The notes beneath the pieces were generated by a model. That model had not been told where the DNA came from. It searched no databases and saw only the letters and a program-made list of their open reading frames with translations. A stretch of DNA of 64,000 nucleotides from Vulcanimicrobiota bacterium (GTDB lineage Bacteria > Vulcanimicrobiota > Vulcanimicrobiia > Vulcanimicrobiales > Vulcanimicrobiaceae), in contig CAWGBN010000006.1 in the NCBI GenBank assembly GCA_963820825.1, forward strand, positions 512,001-576,000, written 5' to 3'. Of the stretch, positions 48,085 through 60,295 are shown one piece after another. Position numbers and translations under genes: made by a program. Each line of letters begins with the position of its first letter. Position 1 is the stretch's first letter.

Positions 48085-51056
48085 TTATGGGCTGGGTGCT
48101 TTCGCGCCCTCGAGCGCTCGGACCGCTTCGAGCGCCTGTGCCGTCGGCTGCGCATCGGCGCCGTCGACGATATCGAGTAAGGTTGCGGCCTCTCCGTTCG
48201 TCCGCGAGAATGCCGCGGCGCGTTTCTCGTCGCGGGCAGCCTTCGCCGCGGCTGCACCCGCGAAGCTGCTATCCATGAGTGCGGCCAGCTCGGCCGCAAC
48301 CCGGTGCTGTTCGCGCAATGCCGCCGGTGAGATCGTCACCCGAGGATCCATCGCGACGGTAAACGTCTGCGCGAAGGTCTTGCCGTCGACGTCGAGACGC
48401 GCGGTGTAACGCCCCGGAACGACGAGCGGGCCCTGCGGCGTTCGCGGCGTATCGTGCGGCACCGCCGAGATCGGCAGATCCTGTTGGAGCGCGTGCGGCG
48501 ATGGCTCGCGCAAGTCCCAGACGAAGCGATGCATTCCGATACTCGCCGGCGGCCGCACGGACGGGCGCTCCCAGTAGGCCGGCTTGTCAAGGTTCGGAAT
48601 CGGCGCCGGCACCGGATCGTCGCTGGCATACTTGCGCACCTCGCGACCCGCGCTGTCGTAGATCGTGATGATGACCCGCGCAGCGGTTGAGGCGAGCGAG
48701 TAATCGACGATCGCTCCGTCGGGCGGATTCTGGCCGGTCGGCTCTTCGGGCGGCAGCGGCGTGTCGGGGTTCGTGCTTCGCCGCACGCGATAGGTAAGCG
48801 CCGGCGCAAAGAGATGCGTTGCCATCACCGTGTCACCCTGAGCCTGCCGAAGGGCGAGCTCGCGCAACGGTTCGACGTCGTCGAGAATCCAGAAACCTCG
48901 CCCGTGCGTCGCGACGATGAGGTCGTTGCCGTGGACGATGACGTCGCGCGCCGACGTGTGCGGCAAGTTGAGCTGAAGCGACTGCCAGTGCGCGCCAGCG
49001 TCGAACGAAACCTCGACGCCGTTCTCGGTCGCAGCGTAGAGCAGACGCGCTTCGACCGGATCCTGCCGCACGGCGTTCACCGGCTGGTTCGGCAGCCCGT
49101 CGACGATGAGTCTCCAGCTCGCGCCGCCGTCGCGCGTCACGTAGACGTACGGTCGCAGATCGTCGAGCCGGAACCGGTTGACGGCGACGAACGCGGTATC
49201 GCCGTCGAAGTGCGAGGCGTCGATTTGCGCGACCTTACTCCACGGCGTCAGCTCCGGCGGCGTAACGTTCTTCCAATGAGCCTGTCGCGAGCCTGACGAT
49301 GGATGCGTCGCGCGTGATCCACACGAGTCCGTCGTCGGTTCCGGCCCAAATCGTCCCGCGGCGCACCGGTGAGGGCGCGAGCGCGTAGACGACGCCGCGA
49401 TGCGCGCCGTGCTGCGGATCGTCGCTTTCGAACGTGCCGAGCACGGAGGGTACGCCCGGAGTCTTGCGCGTCAGATCGAGACTGACCGCGCGCCAGCTCT
49501 GACCGCCGTCGGTCGTCGCGAAGACGACGTTCGATCCAAAGTAGAGACGGCGCTGATCGAACGGGTCGAAGGCCAGGGGTTCGGTGCGGACGACGCGGCG
49601 GTCTTTCGAGCGAAATACGATCGGCGAAACTTCTTGCGCTTGGCCCGTGTGCTCGCTGAACTTCTCGACCTTTCCGCCGAAGAAGACGCCGGGGTGCAGC
49701 GGATCGGGGACGACGTAGCCGTACTCTTCGGCACCGACCGGATGCCAGTCGCGTTCGGTCGTCTCTCCCCAATCGCCGCGGCTGCGCACGCATGCCGAGC
49801 CGCTCTCCTGTTGTCCGCCGCAGACCCAATACGGAAAACGATGGTCGGCATTGACGTGATACATCTGCGCGGTCGGCTGGTTGTACCACGAACTCCACGT
49901 CGCGCCGCCGTCGACCGAGATCGCCGCACCTTGATCGGCCGCAAGGGCGACGATCCTCGGATCGCGCGGATTGATCCAGACGTTATGATAGTCGTCGCCG
50001 CCGGGAGCGCCTTTGATCGGAACCAGCGTCTTCCCGCCGTCGGTCGAGCGGTAGGTCGAGGTGTTCGTCAGATAGACCGTCTGCGGATTGGCCGGATCGA
50101 CGGCGAGCGAAACGAGATCGTTCCCGCGCTGCGCAATCTCGTCGGCATCGTTGACGCGGGTGAAGTGCGTGCCGGCGTCGTCGCTCCGGTAGAGGGCGCC
50201 GGAGTCGTCGCCGTTCGCCTCCACATCGGCATAGACGTAGACGACGTTCGAATCGCTTGGTGCTACGGTAACTTCGGTGCGTCCGATTCTCGCCGGCAAT
50301 CCGGAAGTCAACTGCGTCCACGTCGCGCCGCCGTCGCTCGACTTGAAGAGGCCGCTGCCGGCAATTTCAAACGATCCGCCGATCTCCCACGGCGCCTGTC
50401 GCGCCGCCCAGAGCGTTGCGTAAACGGTCTTCGGGATCGCGCGGATCGAGCACTACGTCGAAGCCGCCGGTATCCTCGTTTTTATAGAGCACCCGTTGGA
50501 ACGTCGCGCCGCCGTCGAGCGTGCGATAGATGCCGCGCTCGGCATTCGGGCCGTACGGGTGACCGAGTACCGCGACGAAGAGCCGCTTTGGGTCGGTGGG
50601 ATCGATGGCCATCGAGGCGATCTGCTGCCCGTCGCGCAGACCCAGATGCGTCCAGGTCGTGCCGCCGTCGGTCGACTTGTAGATGCCGTCGCCGACCGCG
50701 AGATCGGGGCGCTGCAAGCCTTCGCCGCTTCCCGCGTAGACGATTTGCGGGTTGCTTGGTGCGACGGCCAGCGCGCCGATCGACCCGGTCGGCTCGCGAT
50801 CGAAGATCGGAACCCAGGTGCGCCCGGCGTTGTCGCTCTTCCAGATTCCGCCGTTGACCGCGGCAATGTAGAAGAGGTTCGGCTGATTCGCGACGCCGTC
50901 GAGCGCGACGGTGCGTCCTCCGCGCATCGGCCCGACGAATCGCCAGCGCAACCCTTGATAGAGCGACGGCGAGAGCGTTTGCGCCGGCGCCGGGATTGGA
51001 GCCGCGGTAAAGCTGAGGACGGTGCACCCCAGAGTACATGCAAGAAGATGACGCAT
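48085..51056 (-). CDS. Secreted BNR/Asp-box beta-propeller glycosyl hydrolase (VPS10/sialidase-like); split by frameshifts near 50434 and 49290
   Basis: WRFVGPMRGGR, repeated S/TxDGGxTW Asp-boxes and ATHGRGFWILDD, spread over three collinear ORFs. Confidence 0.85.
48831..48854. repeat. REP-like palindrome in frame inside the CDS
   Basis: TGTCACCCTGAGCCTGCCGAAGGG, with CCCT and AGGG arms; read as LRQAQGD in the hydrolase. Confidence 0.6.
49277..49306. repeat. Degenerate, duplicated REP-like element at a frameshift
   Basis: TGAGCCTGTCG-CGAGCCTGACGA-TGGATGC; same GAGCCTGnCG core as 48831-48854. Confidence 0.5.
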
Positions 51057-51115
51057 GCCGGGCTGCTTACGACGCGATTTTTCGGTAATCCGCTTGTCGC
51101 GCCAACGCCTGCTGA

Positions 51116-51802
51116 TTATCGCCGGCGTTTGCCGTTGCGAGCCATTCCACGCCGCTTCGGTTGGAAGGGCGCACCGATCTTCCAATTCGTCTTACGCGGC
51201 AGCGACGTGTCGACGTCGTCGCAGCCGATTGGGGTGAACTCGCGGCAATCGCCGGGGCGTGCCTCATAGATGCCGCAGTAGTAACGCCCGCTGCGAGATC
51301 CCATCAAGAAGACGCATTGGTCGGAGATGTCGTCTCCGACTTTGCGCAGCCAGCCGACGTGATATCCGTCGGCCGAGCGGCGCTCGACGACGTACCGGCT
51401 CATCGTCTCTGCGTAACTCATTCCCAGATGATCGGCGATCCGCTGCACGTCGGCCTTGCTGACGAACGGCTCGTACCCGCTGCAGCACTCCGCGCAGCCG
51501 GGCGGGCAGGCGACGTTGTCCGGCATATCCTTTAGATTGGCGCGCGCGAGATCGATGACGCGCCCGATCGCAGCGACGAAGGTCGGGTCGTCGTTATACT
51601 TGTAGACCCATTCCCGTTTGGTGATTTCGTTGGTGTTGTAATAGCGCGACGTCTTTTCGTCGAACTCGATCGTAATGTGCTCTTCGTCGATTTCGATGCG
51701 GTTGACGTGTTCGAGCGGCCGGGCATCGAGCAGCTCGGGGTGCGTCGGCTCTCCGGTCCGTCGCGAATAGTTGCGTAAATTGATGAGGTCAATCGTCTCC
51801 AT
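51116..51802 (-). CDS. YkgJ-family cysteine-cluster protein
   Basis: CPPGCAECC, CVFL and CGIYEARPGDCREF. Confidence 0.85.
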   Translation of the reverse strand: METIDLINLRNYSRRTGEPTHPELLDARPLEHVNRIEIDEEHITIEFDEKTSRYYNTNEITKREWVYKYNDDPTFVAAIGRVIDLARANLKDMPDNVACPPGCAECCSGYEPFVSKADVQRIADHLGMSYAETMSRYVVERRSADGYHVGWLRKVGDDISDQCVFLMGSRSGRYYCGIYEARPGDCREFTPIGCDDVDTSLPRKTNWKIGAPFQPKRRGMARNGKRRR

Positions 51803-51859
51803 AACGAGTCTTCGATTCCCGTGTCTTGCGGGTGCCGCCTTCGCGAAGCGCCAAAGATA

Positions 51860-52828
51860 ATGCCCATGCAAACGGCTATCGGCGTCGACCTCGGCGGTTC
51901 TCACGTGACCGCAGCGGTGGTCACGGAGGACGGGGCAATCCACCGCCAGCATGAAGAAGATCTCGAAGACCTTCAATTCGAGGCGGTGGTCGCAGCGCTC
52001 GAGACCACGATCGGCATGGCGCTCAAGGATGCCGGCAACGTCGTCGGCATCGGCATCGGCTCGCCGGGAAACATTGACGCGGCCACCGGTTCGGTGCTCT
52101 ACAGCCCAAACTTCGGCTGGAAGGACGTGCCGCTCGGCGAGACGCTGCGCAAAAAGTTTGGAATTCCCGTCTATGTGGCAAACGATGCACGTTGTGCCAC
52201 GCTGGGCGAGTACATGCACGGGACGGGCAAGCTCACGAAGGACTTCGTCCTCTTGACGCTCGGAACGGGGATCGGCGGCGGGATCGTCGCCGGCGGTGAA
52301 CTCCTGCTCGGTCACAAGTGGGGTGCCGGCGAGGTCGGTCACCATCAAATCCGACCGACCGACGGGTTCGTTTGCAGTTGCGGAAAGATCGGCTGCTTCG
52401 AGGCACAGGCCTCGGGCACCGGGCTCATCCGGCACGCCTTTGCCGTCGCGCCCTCCTTTCCGCGCAGCGGTCTGCTCGACGTGGCGCGCGATAAGCTCAG
52501 CTCGAAGAAGATTCGCCGCGCCGCCCAGGCCGGCGACGGTCACGCGCTGGCGGCGTGGAAGAACTTTATCGCGGATCTGTCGATCGGCCTAGCCAATACC
52601 ATCGCCTTCGTCAACCCGGAGCGGATCGCGCTGGGTGGCGGCGTGTCGAGTGCCGGCGACTTTATGCTCGACGCGGTTCGTCCGCAGGTCGACGCTTTAA
52701 CGACGATGGTGCCGAAGGGGACGACCGACATCGTCGTCGCCTCGCTCGGCAACGATGCCGGTCAAGTCGGAGCGGCGGCGGTCGCGTTTCGCGGCGGCTT
52801 GGCCGCGGGCGTTACGGTTGCGGTATAA
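51860..52828 (+). CDS. ROK family sugar kinase (glucokinase-like)
   Basis: GVDLGGS, NDA, GTGIGGG, GEVGH and [10 protein letters not shown]. Confidence 0.92.
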   Translation: MPMQTAIGVDLGGSHVTAAVVTEDGAIHRQHEEDLEDLQFEAVVAALETTIGMALKDAGNVVGIGIGSPGNIDAATGSVLYSPNFGWKDVPLGETLRKKFGIPVYVANDARCATLGEYMHGTGKLTKDFVLLTLGTGIGGGIVAGGELLLGHKWGAGEVGHHQIRPTDGFVCSCGKIGCFEAQASGTGLIRHAFAVAPSFPRSGLLDVARDKLSSKKIRRAAQAGDGHALAAWKNFIADLSIGLANTIAFVNPERIALGGGVSSAGDFMLDAVRPQVDALTTMVPKGTTDIVVASLGNDAGQVGAAAVAFRGGLAAGVTVAV

Positions 52829-54218
52829 CGCCCTCGCGGTTGTCGTCCTTCTCGCGGCGATCGCAGGATCGCCCGCCCGATCGCAGAGCGGCGATCCGAT
52901 TCACAAGATTCACCACGTCGTCATCATCATGCAAGAGAACCGTTCCTTCGATTCGTACTTTGGAACGTTTCCGGGCGCCGACGGCATTCCGATGCGCGAC
53001 GGCGTGCCGTCCGTCTGCGCGCCCGATCCGCAGCAGAACAACTGCGTGCGCCCGTTTCACGATACGAACGATCGAAACGGCGGAGGGCCGCACAACGCCA
53101 ACTCCGCCGTCGACGACATCGACGGCGGACGAATGGATGGATTCATCACCACCGCGCAACGGCGGACGAATCGCCGCTGCGGCGGAGTGAATCCCAACTG
53201 CGGCGGCGGCAGCGACGTCATGGGATACCACGACGGACACGAGCTCGCCAACTATTGGAAGTACGCACGCGATTTCGTGCTGCAAGACCATCTCTTCGAG
53301 CCGAACGCCTCATGGAGTCTGCCGCAGCATCTCTTTATGGTCTCGGAATGGTCGGCGTGGTGCAAGAAGATCGGCGAACCGATGAGCTGCGTCAACGAGC
53401 TCGAGGCACCCGACTTTCCGCCGGACTTCCGGTCGCGCGGCGCGCGATTCAAACCGCCCGCGCCCGGCCGCCCCGATTATGCGTGGACCGACCTGACGTA
53501 TCTTCTGCACGCGCATCACGTGAGCTGGGGCTACTACGTGATGGCCGGCGACCAGCCCGACTGTGCGAATAACTTAGACGACTGCGGTCCGGTCCAGCAG
53601 AAAGCGCATACGCCGGGCATTTGGAACCCGCTGCCCTATTTCGATACGGTCAAGCGCGACGGCGAGCTCGGCAATATTCGCGATCTGCGCGATTTCTACG
53701 CCGCGGCTCGCAACGGAACGTTGCCCAGCGTCGTCTGGCTGACGCCGGCCGGGCCGTATAGCGAACATCCGCCCGCGCTGGTCAGCCGCGGTCAGGCGTA
53801 CGTCACCGGCGTGATCAACGCGATCATGCGCGGCCCCGATTGGAAGAGCACGGCGATCTTTCTCACCTGGGACGATTGGGGCGGGTTCTACGATCACGTC
53901 GCGCCGCCGAGCGTCGACGAGAACGGCTACGGCTTGCGGGTGCCCGCGATGGTGATCAGCCCGTACGCACGCCGCGGTTTCATCGATCACCAAACGCTCA
54001 GCCACGACGCCTACAACAAGTTCATCGAAGACGACTTTCTCGGCGGCGCCCGGATCGATCCGAAGACCGACGGCCGGCCGGATCAACGGCCGACGGTCCG
54101 CGAGAGCGTCCCGATCCTAGGCGACCTGCGCCGCGACTTCGATTTCAATCAGCCGCCGCGACCGCCGGAAATTCTGCCGGGCGGAATCGTTTGGAACGGA
54201 GAGCCGCCGCCTCGATAG
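52818..54218 (+). CDS. Secreted phosphoesterase / phospholipase C family protein
   Basis: TTG start and signal peptide; [23 protein letters not shown] and [12 protein letters not shown]. Confidence 0.9.
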   Translation: MRYNALAVVVLLAAIAGSPARSQSGDPIHKIHHVVIIMQENRSFDSYFGTFPGADGIPMRDGVPSVCAPDPQQNNCVRPFHDTNDRNGGGPHNANSAVDDIDGGRMDGFITTAQRRTNRRCGGVNPNCGGGSDVMGYHDGHELANYWKYARDFVLQDHLFEPNASWSLPQHLFMVSEWSAWCKKIGEPMSCVNELEAPDFPPDFRSRGARFKPPAPGRPDYAWTDLTYLLHAHHVSWGYYVMAGDQPDCANNLDDCGPVQQKAHTPGIWNPLPYFDTVKRDGELGNIRDLRDFYAAARNGTLPSVVWLTPAGPYSEHPPALVSRGQAYVTGVINAIMRGPDWKSTAIFLTWDDWGGFYDHVAPPSVDENGYGLRVPAMVISPYARRGFIDHQTLSHDAYNKFIEDDFLGGARIDPKTDGRPDQRPTVRESVPILGDLRRDFDFNQPPRPPEILPGGIVWNGEPPPR

Positions 54219-54277
54219 CTACCTAAACGCGCTGCGCCGGGGACGCTCGGTGTGGCGGCACGAAGGTAACGAGCGCC

Positions 54278-56792
54278 ATGGAGGTCGAGGAGCGAGCAAG
54301 CGGCGCGGAGTTCAGAACTCTGCTGCGGCGCCATCGGCTTGCCGCTGGGCTCTCGCAAGAAGCGCTGGCCGAGCGCGCGCGGATGAGCACCGAAGGAATC
54401 AGCGCGCTCGAGCGCGGGTATCGGCGGAACCCGCACCGGGAGACGCTCGTGCTCTTGATCCGTGCGCTCGCGCTGAGCGAAGAGCAGCGTCGAGAGTTTG
54501 AAGCGGCGGCATCGCGACCAGCGGCGCCGCGAGGCGCGCCCCCGGGTACCGCCGGCCGGCCGAGAGAGACGGTCGCACCGCTGCCGCTCGCGCTTACCAG
54601 CTTCGTCGGTCGCGAGACGGAAATTCGTGAGATCGCTGCGTTGGTTCGCGACCGCCGGCTCGTCACCATTACCGGTGCAGGCGGCGTCGGGAAGACGCAG
54701 ACTGCGCTGCAAGTCGGCAACGTGGTCAGCAATTCAGCCGGCGTTGCCGTTTCGTTTGTCGGGTTTGCTTCACTCGGCGATCCGTCGTCGGTGGTCCTAA
54801 CGATCGCCTCCGCGCTCGGCGTGCGGCAAACGGCTGACGAATCGCTACTCGATACGATCGCCGGGTACCTCAGGAACAAGCCCTTGTTGCTCGTTTTCGA
54901 CAACTGCGAACATCTTGTCGTGGAGGTTGCCCGCGTCGCGGAGAGACTGCTGGCGGAGTGCCATACTCTGCGCATCGTCTCAACTAGTCGCGAGCCGCTT
55001 CGCGCTGCGGGCGAATTTGCGTATCGGCTGCCGTCTTTGAGCCTGCCGACGCCCGAAATTGGCGCTACGCATGCGTGCGGAGGATATCGCCGGATTTGCC
55101 GCGCTCGCGCTCTTTCGCGATCGAGCGCGCGCCGTCGACCATCGGTTCGAGATTTCGGACGAGAACGTCTCGGTGGTTGCGGAGATCTGCCGGCGCCTCG
55201 ACGGGATTCCATTGGCGATCGAGCTCGCGGCCGCGCGAGTAAATGCGCTCTCGCTTCAAACGCTCGTCAAGAAGCTCAACGACCGATTTGCCCTCCTGGC
55301 TGGTCAAACGCGCACCGCACTCCCCCGGCAGCAAACGATGCGCGCGACGATCGACTGGAGCTACAATTTGCTTACGCCGCCGGAGCGGCGAGTCTTCGAG
55401 CGGCTCTCCGTATTCGCCGGCGGGTGCACGCTCGCTATGGCCGCGTCGGTCTGCGGCGATGACGGCCAAATCGAGGGCGAGATTTTCGACCTGCTCTCGT
55501 CACTCGTCGACAAATCGCTGATCGCGGCCGACATCAGCGGCGACGAGACGCGTTACGTCGTACTAGAGACGACCCGCCAGTACGCTCGCGAACGGCTCGC
55601 CGAGCATGGCGAGTTCGAGGCAATCGCGGAGCGCCTCGCGCGCACTTTCCTCGAGCTGAGCTGCACGATCGCCGGGTCGGAGGCCACGTATAACGCGCGT
55701 CTCGACCGATCGCCCGAGACCTTGCGCACGATGCGCGCCGAGAGTGCAAACTTCGACGAAGTCATGGAGTGGACGCTTCTGCACCGCACGAACGCGCCTC
55801 TAGGGCAGGAGCTCGCCTGGCGCGTTCCATTCCTCAGAGCGACCGAGGCGCTTCGTTGGCTTCTTTTGGCCACCGAAGCGGTCGACGAGAAGACGCCACG
55901 CTCGCTAGCCCTTTCTCTCACCATCCAGCTCGCATGGTGCTACGTCGATCTGCGCGATCACGAGCGGGCGATTGCCGCGGCTCGTGACGCGGTAGCGCAG
56001 AGCCGGCTCTTAAATGACGCCCGAGCAACGGCTACGGCGCGGCGTCTGCTCGGGCGTGCGCTCACGCATGCGTGGCAGCTCGACGAAGCGCAGCTCGAGC
56101 TGGAACGATCCCTCGCATTCTGGCGCGAATCGGGAGCTCGGCGAGCGGTCGCGACGACCTTGAGCTATCTCGCCTTCGTAGCGGTTCGTCGCGGAACTCA
56201 TTCGACGGCGCGGAGTCTCAATCTCGAAGCGCTCGAAGTGCTGCCCGAAGATGACGAGCGCACCGCCCGGCTGATCAAAGTCGAGCTCGCGCGAGCCGAA
56301 TACGGACTCGGCCGTCACGAAATGGCGCTCGCCTATTCGCGTGAGGTTCTTCCGGCGCTCGAAGCGGAGGCCACCGAAGGCGGGTTGACGTGCGTGATCT
56401 TGATGCTGAACCAATGCACCTTTTTGCTCGCGCTGGACCGCTTCGACGAGGCGGAGGCGGTCGCACAGCGAGCGCTCGCAGTCACCCTCGATCCGCAAAA
56501 TCCACGCCCGGATCTGGCACCGTACGTTGCCGGAACCCTTGCCAAGGTCGTGGTCCTCGATCACGGCCGGCCTTGCGGAACCGATCGCAGCGATCGTTTG
56601 GACATCTGCGCCAAGCTCCTGGGGTGGAACGAAGCGGTCTGCGCCGCACGCAAGGAGTCGGATCCGGATGAGACGGTCGAGGAGCTCGCGATCTTGCGGC
56701 GCGAGCTCGGCGAAGCGTGTTGCCGGGCGCTACTTAGCGAGGGCGCGCTGCTCGATCACGCCGGAGCCGTCGAGCTTATGCAGTCGCTCTAG
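54278..56792 (+). CDS. XRE-HTH + STAND/NB-ARC-like ATPase + TPR-like protein; +1 frameshift near 55057
   Basis: LSQEALAERA HTH; GAGGVGKT Walker A; LLVFDNCEH; LDGIPLAIELAAAR in the second frame. Confidence 0.85.
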
Positions 56793-56796
56793 CCTG

Positions 56797-58512
56797 CTAC
56801 ATCTGAGAGAGGCGGGCGAATCCGTGCGATGCCGCGCGCGTGACTTCGCCGATCAGCCGCCGTTCCGACGGATCGAGCTCGAGCCCGTGCGGATGCCCGG
56901 AAAAGAGCACGAACCGGCTAAGCGTTCCCCGCACAAAAATCGGAAATCCAACTGCCGGTGCCGCATCACCGGTAGGCACACGCCCGCCGATCAGCTGCAG
57001 GTCGGCGAAACGGAGCGCACCCTTCGCCTGCTCGAACGAGTCCGCCAGGCGCTCCATGTCGAGGCGTTCGAGGACGTCGTCGTCGCCCCAACCTTCAGCC
57101 GCCTCGCGCCGGAACGTCCCGTCGTCACCGCGCACGAAGACCGCTACCGATCCGATTTCTAAGCTTCCCGAAACGCTGCGCACCAGCGCCTCGTCGATCA
57201 TCTGCGCCGACTCGGTATGAACGAGACCTCTGGCAAGCTCGATCATCGTCCGGCGCGTACGATACTGCTGCGGAAAGAGATGCCGGTCGACGAAATCTCT
57301 GAGCGGCGCATAGAGCCAAGACATCAGCAGGCCGAGCACGAGTGCGGCTGCGACGTTGACGCCGATTCTCGCGACGCCTCCGATCGGAAAGAGCCGCTCC
57401 AAGCGGCCGGCGACGGACCAGTCGAGCAGGACTAACGCGCCGATCGCCAAGCTCGCGAGCACGGCGAAGATCACCGCCTTGTTCACGAAGAAGCGCACCG
57501 AAATAACGCGCTGCTTGACGATCGCATATGCCACCGCGATCGGCCCGGCAACGTTGAGCGTTAACAGGAAATTCCATAGTTCCGAAGGCACGGCGAGGCC
57601 GACGCTGTCAAAGATTCGCGTCGCGACGCTGCCCGCGTAACCGACTAGAAAGCTGGCGATTACCCAGGCCATGCGCGGCCGCTCGTCTTGCCCTTCCGTC
57701 GTGTAGCGAATGCCGAACGTGACGACCGCTAGGGCGTAGAGTGCCGTCGATGCAATCGTAAGGAGACTCTCGAAGCCGGTCGTATTCGTGCCCCGGTAGA
57801 CCAGGCCGACGTTTGCATACACGATGAATGGCGCGACGATAACCGCGAGCCACGGTAACCAGCGGTCGGCAACCGCGCCCACACCGCGCACCTGATCGGC
57901 GGGGAAGCGCAGCGCAAAGACGACGAGAGCGATGGAAGCGGCAAACCATACTATGCCGCAGTAGGCGGAGTAAGCCACAATCCAGGGCGGTGAAATGAGT
58001 GCGGTAAGAATCGGCGACCCGGTCTGCGAACCGGCTGCAAAGAAAAGAAATGCCCACGTCATTCGCGAGGGATGCGCGAGGACGAGCGCAGCCGCAACGA
58101 GGACCGTCGCGATGATGGATAAGACCAAAAGGTAGAAGAACGCAAAGTAGCTCAGCTTTACGCCAAAGCTTGAATGCCCCGAGCGCGCCACGAGCGTTAC
58201 CGCGCGCGCCGGTCCTTTAACGAAGCGAAACGTGGTTCTCGTGCCTGCAAGCGTCAATGGCCAATGAAGATATACGCGCTGCTGCGGCGTGAGTGTCGCG
58301 ACGTCGAGGCGATCGCCGGGCTTCACGCCCGCGTCGGAGGCTGCAGAGTCGGGCAGCACTGCGGCGACGACGCCGTTACTCGAAGCGACGAATCCGAATC
58401 GTGCGTAGTGGACGAACGGCGTCGCGAGGTTGACGAGGGAGGCGATTACGGGAACGCCGGCAATCACCAAGACCGCCGCGATACGCCACAGCCGACGCGA
58501 CCGTTCGCTCAC
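56797..58512 (-). CDS. Membrane sensor-like protein: PDZ-like domain, multiple TM helices and a GAF-like domain, with no output domain
   Basis: VLPDSAASDAGVKPGDRL; many TM segments; FVDRHLF; GAF-like C-terminus ending at the stop. Confidence 0.75.
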   Translation of the reverse strand: MSERSRRLWRIAAVLVIAGVPVIASLVNLATPFVHYARFGFVASSNGVVAAVLPDSAASDAGVKPGDRLDVATLTPQQRVYLHWPLTLAGTRTTFRFVKGPARAVTLVARSGHSSFGVKLSYFAFFYLLVLSIIATVLVAAALVLAHPSRMTWAFLFFAAGSQTGSPILTALISPPWIVAYSAYCGIVWFAASIALVVFALRFPADQVRGVGAVADRWLPWLAVIVAPFIVYANVGLVYRGTNTTGFESLLTIASTALYALAVVTFGIRYTTEGQDERPRMAWVIASFLVGYAGSVATRIFDSVGLAVPSELWNFLLTLNVAGPIAVAYAIVKQRVISVRFFVNKAVIFAVLASLAIGALVLLDWSVAGRLERLFPIGGVARIGVNVAAALVLGLLMSWLYAPLRDFVDRHLFPQQYRTRRTMIELARGLVHTESAQMIDEALVRSVSGSLEIGSVAVFVRGDDGTFRREAAEGWGDDDVLERLDMERLADSFEQAKGALRFADLQLIGGRVPTGDAAPAVGFPIFVRGTLSRFVLFSGHPHGLELDPSERRLIGEVTRAASHGFARLSQM

Positions 58513-58558
58513 CGTTCGCTACGCCTTCGTGCCCGCTCGCTCGGGCCCTGGGCGACCG

Positions 58559-59755
58559 CTAAACCGCGGCGGCCGTTTGCAGCATGCGCACCGCGGCGTC
58601 GTCGGAGGCCGGGATTCGCCCCGTCTCGGTGATCGAGCTGATGAGCGCCGCGATGCGGCGCGAACTGCGACGCGGCGCGACGATCTCTTGATTGTGGCGG
58701 ATCTCGGCGAGGCGCGCGGGATTCGCAATGAGCGAACGCACCGCGGTCACGACCGTCGACGCGCCCTGCAGCGCGATGAGTCCGAGGCCGTTGTGGCGCA
58801 CGAAATCGACGTTGCCGCGTTCTTGACCGGGAACGTAATCGTAAACGACGACCGGAAGCTGTGCGGCATTCGCTTCGGCGAGCGTTCCGGGACCGGCTTT
58901 GGTGACGAGGATATCCACCGCGCGAAAATACTCGGGGATCTTATCGGTGAAGCCGAGCACCTGCATCGGCGTCGGGAGGGTCGCGGAGAGTTCGCCGAGT
59001 TTCTGGGCAAGCGGTTCGTTTCGGCCGCAGACGACGACGAGTTCGATCGGCAGGCGCGCGCGTGCCAGCGCGAGCGCCGTCGAGAGCAATTTGCCGCCCC
59101 CCTCGCCGCCGGCCATCAGCATGACGACCGGCGTATCGGCCGGCAGCCCGAGCTGCGCGCGGAGATCGGCCTTGCTTCCCGTGACGTCGTCGAACTTCGG
59201 ATGAATCGGATGGCCGAGCAGTCGCAGCCGCGAGGGCAGCACGCCCCGGGCGAGCGCGCGGGCGTAGACCTCGCGCGCCGGGACGACGATCGCATCGGCC
59301 TCGGGTACGAGCCACGATTCGTGAACCTTGCCGAGATCGGTGATGACCGTCACGACGGGAACGTGCTGCATGCGCGCGTCGTCGCGCGCGCGCAGGGCCG
59401 CGTGATTGAGCAGCGGATGTATCGAAACGATCACGTCGGGCTGATAGCTGATAAAGAGATCGCGCAAGCGCTCGCGGTAGAGCGGCTCGCAGAATCGGAC
59501 GAGCGCACGGTAGCGGCGCCGGCCGTTGGTTGCGTGATAGAGGGCGCCGTAGATCGGCGGCGCGTATCGCAAGGCCATGCTGTAGCCCAGGCCGAGTTGG
59601 GTGAGCGGGAAGGCGCAATGGGCGGCGACGTCTTCGATCCGGAACTCGTAATCGTGCGGGGACTTCGTCTCTTCCAGAGCTGCGGCAATGGCGTTGGCCG
59701 CGCTGCGGTGACCGCCGCCGGTATCTGAAATCAACAGAAGGGCCCGTTTGGTCAT
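58559..59755 (-). CDS. MGDG-synthase/UgtP-like diacylglycerol glycosyltransferase
   Basis: DTGGGHRSAA, TVITD, TKAGPGTLAEA and PGQERGN. Confidence 0.9.
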   Translation of the reverse strand: MTKRALLLISDTGGGHRSAANAIAAALEETKSPHDYEFRIEDVAAHCAFPLTQLGLGYSMALRYAPPIYGALYHATNGRRRYRALVRFCEPLYRERLRDLFISYQPDVIVSIHPLLNHAALRARDDARMQHVPVVTVITDLGKVHESWLVPEADAIVVPAREVYARALARGVLPSRLRLLGHPIHPKFDDVTGSKADLRAQLGLPADTPVVMLMAGGEGGGKLLSTALALARARLPIELVVVCGRNEPLAQKLGELSATLPTPMQVLGFTDKIPEYFRAVDILVTKAGPGTLAEANAAQLPVVVYDYVPGQERGNVDFVRHNGLGLIALQGASTVVTAVRSLIANPARLAEIRHNQEIVAPRRSSRRIAALISSITETGRIPASDDAAVRMLQTAAAV

Positions 59756-59767
59756 TCGATCTCCCGA

Positions 59768-60295
59768 TTAGGCTCTGGCAGGTACCCTCCTGGTCGCACG
59801 CCTGCCGGCATTGCGCGCTCGGCGGCCGGTGCGAGCAAGCCTGGCCAAGAGCGCTCGAGCAGGCGCGTCGTAGAATCGAAAAATGTCGCCAAACTCGACT
59901 TCGGGGTTTCGGTGGTGGCCATCGTGGTCCTCGGGGAGCACGATGGCGAGCGGTCGCAGGAGGGCACGCAGCCACTCCGGCGTGCGCCAGCCGAGCTGGC
60001 CGGTGTGGCGCCACCAGACGTGAAGCTGACCCAGGGCGAGGCCCGCGAGGGCGCCCGGCCACGAGAGCCGCGCGAGCAGCGCCGCGACGGCGAGATAGGG
60101 GATCGATCCGAGCAAGCCGTCGAGCAGGACTGCCGGGTCGGTCGAGATGACCGCATGGTCGAAATAGGAGCGCCGGCGGTCGTGATGCGTTCGTAGATGC
60201 AGCGTGAACCAGAGATGCTGCGGGACGTGATAGAAGAACGTCGAGCCGAAGTCTCCGGCAACGAGCGTAACGATGAGAGCGGTTATAAACGTCAT
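59768..60295 (-). CDS. Fatty-acid hydroxylase / sterol desaturase family protein
   Basis: His boxes HVPQH, HLRTHH, HVWWRH and HDGHH. Confidence 0.75.
   Translation of the reverse strand: MTFITALIVTLVAGDFGSTFFYHVPQHLWFTLHLRTHHDRRRSYFDHAVISTDPAVLLDGLLGSIPYLAVAALLARLSWPGALAGLALGQLHVWWRHTGQLGWRTPEWLRALLRPLAIVLPEDHDGHHRNPEVEFGDIFRFYDAPARALLARLARTGRRARNAGRRATRRVPARA

Noticed and set aside
55038..55051. TGAGCCTGCCGA, resembling the REP-like core
   Set aside because: It lacks the palindromic flanks and encodes LPSLSLP, which is ordinary at this position in such ATPases.
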